Shown: piece after piece, positions 59,623-64,000 of the stretch
Layout of the letters: each line of letters opens with the position of its first letter
How positions within the stretch are numbered: the stretch's first letter is position 1
From: Candidatus Kapaibacterium sp.
GTDB taxonomy: Bacteria; Bacteroidota; Ignavibacteria; Kapaibacteriales; UBA2268
NCBI GenBank assembly: GCA_963665665.1
Contig: OY762428.1
Coordinates: 2,848,001-2,912,000, forward strand
DNA length: 64,000 bases
Direction of reading: 5' to 3'
Notes under the pieces: generated by a model
What the model was told of the DNA's origin: nothing
Seen by the model: only the letters and a program-made list of their open reading frames with translations
Database searches by the model: none
Program-made: the position numbers and the translations under genes

Positions 59623-59647
59623 AGCAGAGCTTCGGCTCTGCTTTTTT
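59623..59647 (+). terminator. Rho-independent terminator closing the mcrCB cassette
   Basis: AGCAGAGC-TTCG-GCTCTGCT-TTTTT. Confidence 0.85.
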
Positions 59648-59966
59648 ATTTACTAATCATCTGCTCAATACTATTCATCCCCTCCAAAAACAAACTCTGC
59701 CTAACTTCATTGTGTTTAGTAACATCCCCCTTAGCCAGAGCAGTAAGATACCAAATACCGATTCTCGCCCGGCTGAGACGGTGATAAAGTTCTCCGGGAT
59801 TGAAGCAGTTCTCTATTTTTTCCTGCTCCTCGATCAGCCTTCTTTGTCTAAGCTCCCTTGTACTGTCTTCTGAAAAATCGGCAACAACATTTCTATCCCG
59901 TTCTTCTTTCTTTCGCCTTGCAAGATCGCTGATACGAGAGGTTTCTTCCCGATACCGGTAAAAAAA
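59646..59966 (-). CDS. Tail assembly chaperone T-frame extension (probably made as a G-T fusion by -1 frameshift)
   Basis: -1 frame overlapping the G ORF; WYLTALAKGDVTKHNEV; position upstream of the tape-measure gene. Confidence 0.6.
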   Translation of the reverse strand, partial: FFYRYREETSRISDLARRKKEERDRNVVADFSEDSTRELRQRRLIEEQEKIENCFNPGELYHRLSRARIGIWYLTALAKGDVTKHNEVRQSLFLEGMNSIEQMISK

Positions 59967-60307
59967 TCCGATACGCACTCCTTCAGGTTATTCAGGTGCT
60001 TAATAGGAAGTGATTTTATGAATTGTTCGGTTTCTATTTCTGCTTTGTCCTTGTTGAAAGGCTGTTTGGCATTATCTTTCATTTCTCTAAGCAGGTAACG
60101 GGCAACAATAGTCAGCCATTCCGCCCCTCCGGATTTTACAATCTGCCTGAAAGATTCCGCTCCGGCCTGCAACTGATTATACTTGAATTCCCCGGCTTCC
60201 CGGGCAAGTTCCGCCTGCTCAATAGTCAATTGGTAGAAGTCATATTTATATTTCTTTCCTTCATACTCAAATGTTTTTGCCTCGATCGGCTTGTGTTCTT
60301 CATTCAT
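59834..60307 (-). CDS. Putative tail assembly chaperone (gpG-like)
   Basis: 157 aa; GAT TTT TTT slippery run; overlapping -1 ORF; synteny. Confidence 0.65.
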   Translation of the reverse strand: MNEEHKPIEAKTFEYEGKKYKYDFYQLTIEQAELAREAGEFKYNQLQAGAESFRQIVKSGGAEWLTIVARYLLREMKDNAKQPFNKDKAEIETEQFIKSLPIKHLNNLKECVSDFFTGIGKKPLVSAILQGERKKNGIEMLLPIFQKTVQGSLDKEG

Positions 60308-60810
60308 TAAAACAGTACTCCTAACAGTGCTTTAGTAAAATAGTTAGTTCTGATTATCAGCCTCGGGCGGTATTCAATGCTCTCGATCTCAAGATTCAGA
60401 ACCGGGTTCCTCAGTTCTATCCACATTCCCTTGTTCTTACTTGTATTGATGTATCCAGATGACGGTGGATTAATGCTCGAATCGCCAAGCATGAGAATGA
60501 AATGATAATATTTAACTCCCGGCGACCAGATGTTGTTCAATTCCTGTATTATGTCAGGCTCTCCATCCGGAACATTAATAAGAAGATTATGGGCAATATA
60601 TACAGTTACTGTGATTATGTATCCCAGAGTCCTGTTGTTCCTGTAATGATCCTGTCTCGTGACCGGAACAATGCTATATGAACTTTCGGCCTCAATATTA
60701 TGTATATATATTATATCCTCGATTCCGTCGCCATGCTTACAAATCCGGACACCGTTTATCGGTATCAGATTGATTTTTCCGGCAATATCTCTGAAATTTA
60801 TCGTCGCCAT
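60307..60810 (-). CDS. Phage hypothetical protein (tail module)
   Basis: 167-aa ORF coupled to both neighbours. Confidence 0.6.
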   Translation of the reverse strand: MATINFRDIAGKINLIPINGVRICKHGDGIEDIIYIHNIEAESSYSIVPVTRQDHYRNNRTLGYIITVTVYIAHNLLINVPDGEPDIIQELNNIWSPGVKYYHFILMLGDSSINPPSSGYINTSKNKGMWIELRNPVLNLEIESIEYRPRLIIRTNYFTKALLGVLF

Positions 60811-60812
60811 AA

Positions 60813-61223
60813 TTATACCGGCTCCGCATAGCTGAATAAAAATGATATTTCCCTTAGTTCCTTGATCTCTTCGATATAGCTGAGAGGAAACCGCCCGGAT
60901 TCAGTCATAACCTGCACATAATCGCCCCAAGTGTCACTTTTATTTAATGCTATATACTTGAAGCCGGCTGACCAGAAATCCTGCAAGAATGCCAGTATAT
61001 CGGTATCTATTTCATCTGCAGATATGATCACTTCAACCTCTTTATGCTGATACAGTAGATGATTGAACTTTCTGCCATTAAGAAGGATTCCCTGTTCTTC
61101 GGAAGTATTGACAATTGGATCAGCACATTTCACTGTCTCGAATACATTCTGATTTGCTCCCTCTTCATCAAAAGTAAGACTGCTTAATTTGGTATCGCTA
61201 TATTTTAAAGCTATCTCTATCAT
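60813..61223 (-). CDS. Phage hypothetical protein (tail module)
   Basis: 136-aa ORF, ATGA overlap with the upstream gene. Confidence 0.6.
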   Translation of the reverse strand: MIEIALKYSDTKLSSLTFDEEGANQNVFETVKCADPIVNTSEEQGILLNGRKFNHLLYQHKEVEVIISADEIDTDILAFLQDFWSAGFKYIALNKSDTWGDYVQVMTESGRFPLSYIEEIKELREISFLFSYAEPV

Positions 61224-63628
61224 GCCTGTACCAGTCCGCTTTCAAATGGGAATTCAGTGATATCAAGGATAAAGCTCTTCTCGGAATCTATTTTGCCAAG
61301 ACAGAGTATCATGTCTTCGTTTGCTGTTGGCGTTTCAAGTATTTCCTCAGTAATATTAGTTTCGATTAGGTTAGTCCTTGCAAATATCTGTCCACTGATA
61401 TTAGTAAAACTGTATCCATCGTAATATACCCGGCCGCTTATCTGGACAATTATTTTATCTCCGGTAGTTCCATTCTCTTTAGCAATGCCGATTGTCTTAT
61501 TCTGATATCCGCTATAGCTCAGGGATTTTGCCAGTTTGCCATTATCCAACAGCATTACAGCATCTCCGGCAAGGATTTCCTCGTTATCCTCCACATCATA
61601 ACTTTCGATAACAACCGAATCATCTGACAGAAAACCGAACTGATTGCTTGTGAACATGAAGAGTGGCAATTGCCCTTCATCGCCGTCCCACCAGCCAAAA
61701 GCAAAACGCTCGAGAGAATGCAGTTTGAGCTTGGTTTCAGGTTTCTGCAGGTTGATTTCAATTCCAACGACCACATAATCCCGCACCACCTGTTCCTCAA
61801 TCCATGTCCCGTCATACCTTTTTACTGTTTCAGCAAGTTTGATTTTCGAGCCAAGAGATATATTCTTCCATGAAGGATTCGAGCCGTCAGCATTCTTTGA
61901 AAAGCCGTTCCAGAAAGGCACTGTCAGACTGTACTCAGTTTCATAATACTGCTTGTCCCTTGACAGAATGTAATTCACATACTTTGTCAGGGAATCGAAA
62001 TCCATATCGCTGTCATTTATCTTAGCGAAAACCTTTGATGCAGGCCTCCAGACCGGAGTTGTACCGAGCCTGCCTATCTGGTTTGCTTTGATCGGGGCAG
62101 TCTTCAGATAGATTCCTGAATGAAGCCTTTCAGTTGCAGCGCTGTTGCCATTTCCGGGAGCATTCGCAAGGCTATATAGCCCGTATGTATCCCAGGAAAC
62201 ATTATTCTGTGTTATATTCATGGGAGCAGTTTTAAAGGCATGACCACCATAGCTGTTAACCGCATCAAGAGTGTGGGTAATTACTGAAGTAGTGAGCAGA
62301 AGCCTTTCTGACTCAATGCCTTTTTTCTCTTTTGCATACTTCCTTTCCTGATCGGCATCCTGAAATTTCTTTGATGGAAGCGGTTCGTTGGTATTGGCTT
62401 TATTGATAATCTCATCAAATTCATCAACGGCCAAGTTGTTTCCCAGCCCATAAAATTCATTCGACTCCTTAGTAATCACCGAGCTTGTATCAAAACCTGC
62501 TTCCTCAGCTCCAATAAGATAAGTATATTCATCCTCTACAAGCCCTTTTCGGGACTTAAATTCTATGTTGATGCTTGTTCCTGATGTGTATGATATAAAC
62601 AGATAACAGGCAAATGACCGGGCAATCTCAAAGAGCAGGTCTGAAACATTGTCGATATTCTTGAAGGAATAGGATTTCTCGCTCGAAACCTGATTCTTCT
62701 GCCATTCCTCTTGCTGAGTGTTACCCAATGAAGGATCTATCATCTTCCGGTGAATAAAAGGTGCGCTCCAATCTACCCCGGAATCTGAATTTGAGAGCTT
62801 CAATTCAATTCGTACCGTCTGTTCTGTCTTTACTTCCGTTACATCAATATTAAATTCTTCCTCTAATTCAAAAGATACAGGTGAAGACTGGATACCAAGT
62901 GATTTTTCAACAAGGTTCAATGCCATATTCGTATTTGTTAACTGGGCAATTATCTCGGAAGCTTTATCCAGGTAAAGGTCAATTACCTTATAAAGATTAC
63001 CAAGATGGCAGAAGTAAGCATAAGGAGTAACGACGCTGGAAGTTGAATAGGCAAGCCTGTAATTGAAAATATTCTTTATCGATGACCAGTTCTCAGCTTC
63101 AAATCTTTCATAAATATTTGAAACCGGAGTTCCGGACATATCTTCAATATTTCCGGTCAGCTTAACCTGATCGAGAATGGAAATATCGAAGCTGTATGCA
63201 GAAAGCTTGTACTCCCTTTTTGGATTGACAATATACTCGTATTCCTGACCTTCCCAATATTTATCATCCCCACTTATTTTATTACCTATTTTTCCAATAA
63301 AAAGCATATTGGTAAGGCTTGCAGTCTCACCGAAGAACAAAGCACAGTAGCGGTTTACCTTGATATTCGCTGAATCAAGAACAAAATACATAGCTTTGAA
63401 ATCATCTTCACTCTGGCAGGTCAGATGAGAAACGGAAAAAGGCAGTTCGTCAATAGCATAACTGCCTTCCTCAGTATTCAGATCTTTTTTTACAGATTCA
63501 AGCATGAAAATATCAGTCTCTGAACCAATATCCTGAAATAATTCAGTATAGGTATCTGAAACCGCAAACAGTACCGATTGAACGCCGAAAAGGTATTCTC
63601 TATATTGATATTTCTGGAAGAATCTCAT
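61220..63628 (-). CDS. Large phage structural-type protein with C-terminal DUF2190/cement-like motif (start 63628 or 63655)
   Basis: About 800 aa; EILAGDAVML...TIGIAKENGTTGDKIIVQISG. Confidence 0.6.
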   Translation of the reverse strand: MRFFQKYQYREYLFGVQSVLFAVSDTYTELFQDIGSETDIFMLESVKKDLNTEEGSYAIDELPFSVSHLTCQSEDDFKAMYFVLDSANIKVNRYCALFFGETASLTNMLFIGKIGNKISGDDKYWEGQEYEYIVNPKREYKLSAYSFDISILDQVKLTGNIEDMSGTPVSNIYERFEAENWSSIKNIFNYRLAYSTSSVVTPYAYFCHLGNLYKVIDLYLDKASEIIAQLTNTNMALNLVEKSLGIQSSPVSFELEEEFNIDVTEVKTEQTVRIELKLSNSDSGVDWSAPFIHRKMIDPSLGNTQQEEWQKNQVSSEKSYSFKNIDNVSDLLFEIARSFACYLFISYTSGTSINIEFKSRKGLVEDEYTYLIGAEEAGFDTSSVITKESNEFYGLGNNLAVDEFDEIINKANTNEPLPSKKFQDADQERKYAKEKKGIESERLLLTTSVITHTLDAVNSYGGHAFKTAPMNITQNNVSWDTYGLYSLANAPGNGNSAATERLHSGIYLKTAPIKANQIGRLGTTPVWRPASKVFAKINDSDMDFDSLTKYVNYILSRDKQYYETEYSLTVPFWNGFSKNADGSNPSWKNISLGSKIKLAETVKRYDGTWIEEQVVRDYVVVGIEINLQKPETKLKLHSLERFAFGWWDGDEGQLPLFMFTSNQFGFLSDDSVVIESYDVEDNEEILAGDAVMLLDNGKLAKSLSYSGYQNKTIGIAKENGTTGDKIIVQISGRVYYDGYSFTNISGQIFARTNLIETNITEEILETPTANEDMILCLGKIDSEKSFILDITEFPFESGLVQA

Positions 63629-63660
63629 AGAAAGCCAACTAATTTCTTTAATCATTAACT

Positions 63661-63698
63661 GGCAATCTAAATGTTCAGTATGTATTTTTACAGGTATT
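63661..63698 (-). promoter_or_regulatory. Putative phage late promoter, copy 2
   Basis: Matches 56173-56210; directly upstream of the structural gene run. Confidence 0.6.
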
Positions 63699-63840
63699 GA
63701 GTGTCAATAGGAAATGAAAGAATCAATGAAATGGGGATACAAAATGATGGCATTTCTATCCTTTTACCAGATAATAGTATCATAAAGTTAGTAATCTCGA
63801 TGATATATAGTGCAAAATACTACTATTATGGTTTAACCAT

Positions 63841-63999
63841 TTATTGACGTTCTGGAGGTAAAATTATATCTCCTTCATCATAAGATGCTATTGACAAAAC
63901 ATCTTGAATATAAGATTGAAATGGAGGTGGATATAGCTGTGTGGAAGTTAAATGTTCATATAAAGATAGCATTAATAAAATTAATGCATGGGCATCACA
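63841..63999 (-). CDS. 3' end of an ORF entering from beyond the window
   Basis: Open frame CDAHALILL...IILPPERQ* reaching the window edge. Confidence 0.35.
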   Translation of the reverse strand, partial: CDAHALILLMLSLYEHLTSTQLYPPPFQSYIQDVLSIASYDEGDIILPPERQ

Positions 64000-64000
64000 A

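Larger units (their letters stand above)
50818..64000 (-). mobile_element. Prophage end (tail module) adjacent to tRNA-Phe; continues beyond the window
   Basis: Tape-measure gene, G/GT chaperone pair and co-oriented hypothetical genes ending about 170 bp from the tRNA 3' end. Confidence 0.85.

Overview
Bacterial chromosome segment, probably FCB group (inferred from TAnnTT(T)G-type -7 promoter elements and gene content). It has three parts. (1) About 1-34 kb is a decayed, defence-like island starting at a tRNA-Glu. It carries three paralogous HTH-WYL regulators, five copies of a palindromic GACA/GTCA-N5-TGAC/TGTC box at fixed spacing from -7 promoters, several PD-(D/E)xK-type nucleases, a soluble AAA+/M41 protease operon, a UvrD-nuclease fusion, and a very AT-rich, tightly coupled NurA-HerA-GHKL ATPase-radical SAM operon (best candidate for an undescribed system). 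It also has 21-bp tandem arrays, an unannotated tyrosine-integrase remnant and other gene fragments. (2) About 34-50.8 kb is host genes: a 2841-aa multi-domain glycosyl/methyltransferase, NfeD, an amidohydrolase-opine dehydrogenase-MFS operon, solo groES, glutaredoxin, ArsR, plsC and tRNA-Phe. (3) About 50.8-64 kb is the end of a prophage next to tRNA-Phe. Its tail module has a G/GT frameshift chaperone and a tape-measure gene, separated by an antisense mcrC-mcrB moron. A conserved 38-bp putative late-promoter motif occurs twice. All calls come from reading motifs by eye; no searches were run.
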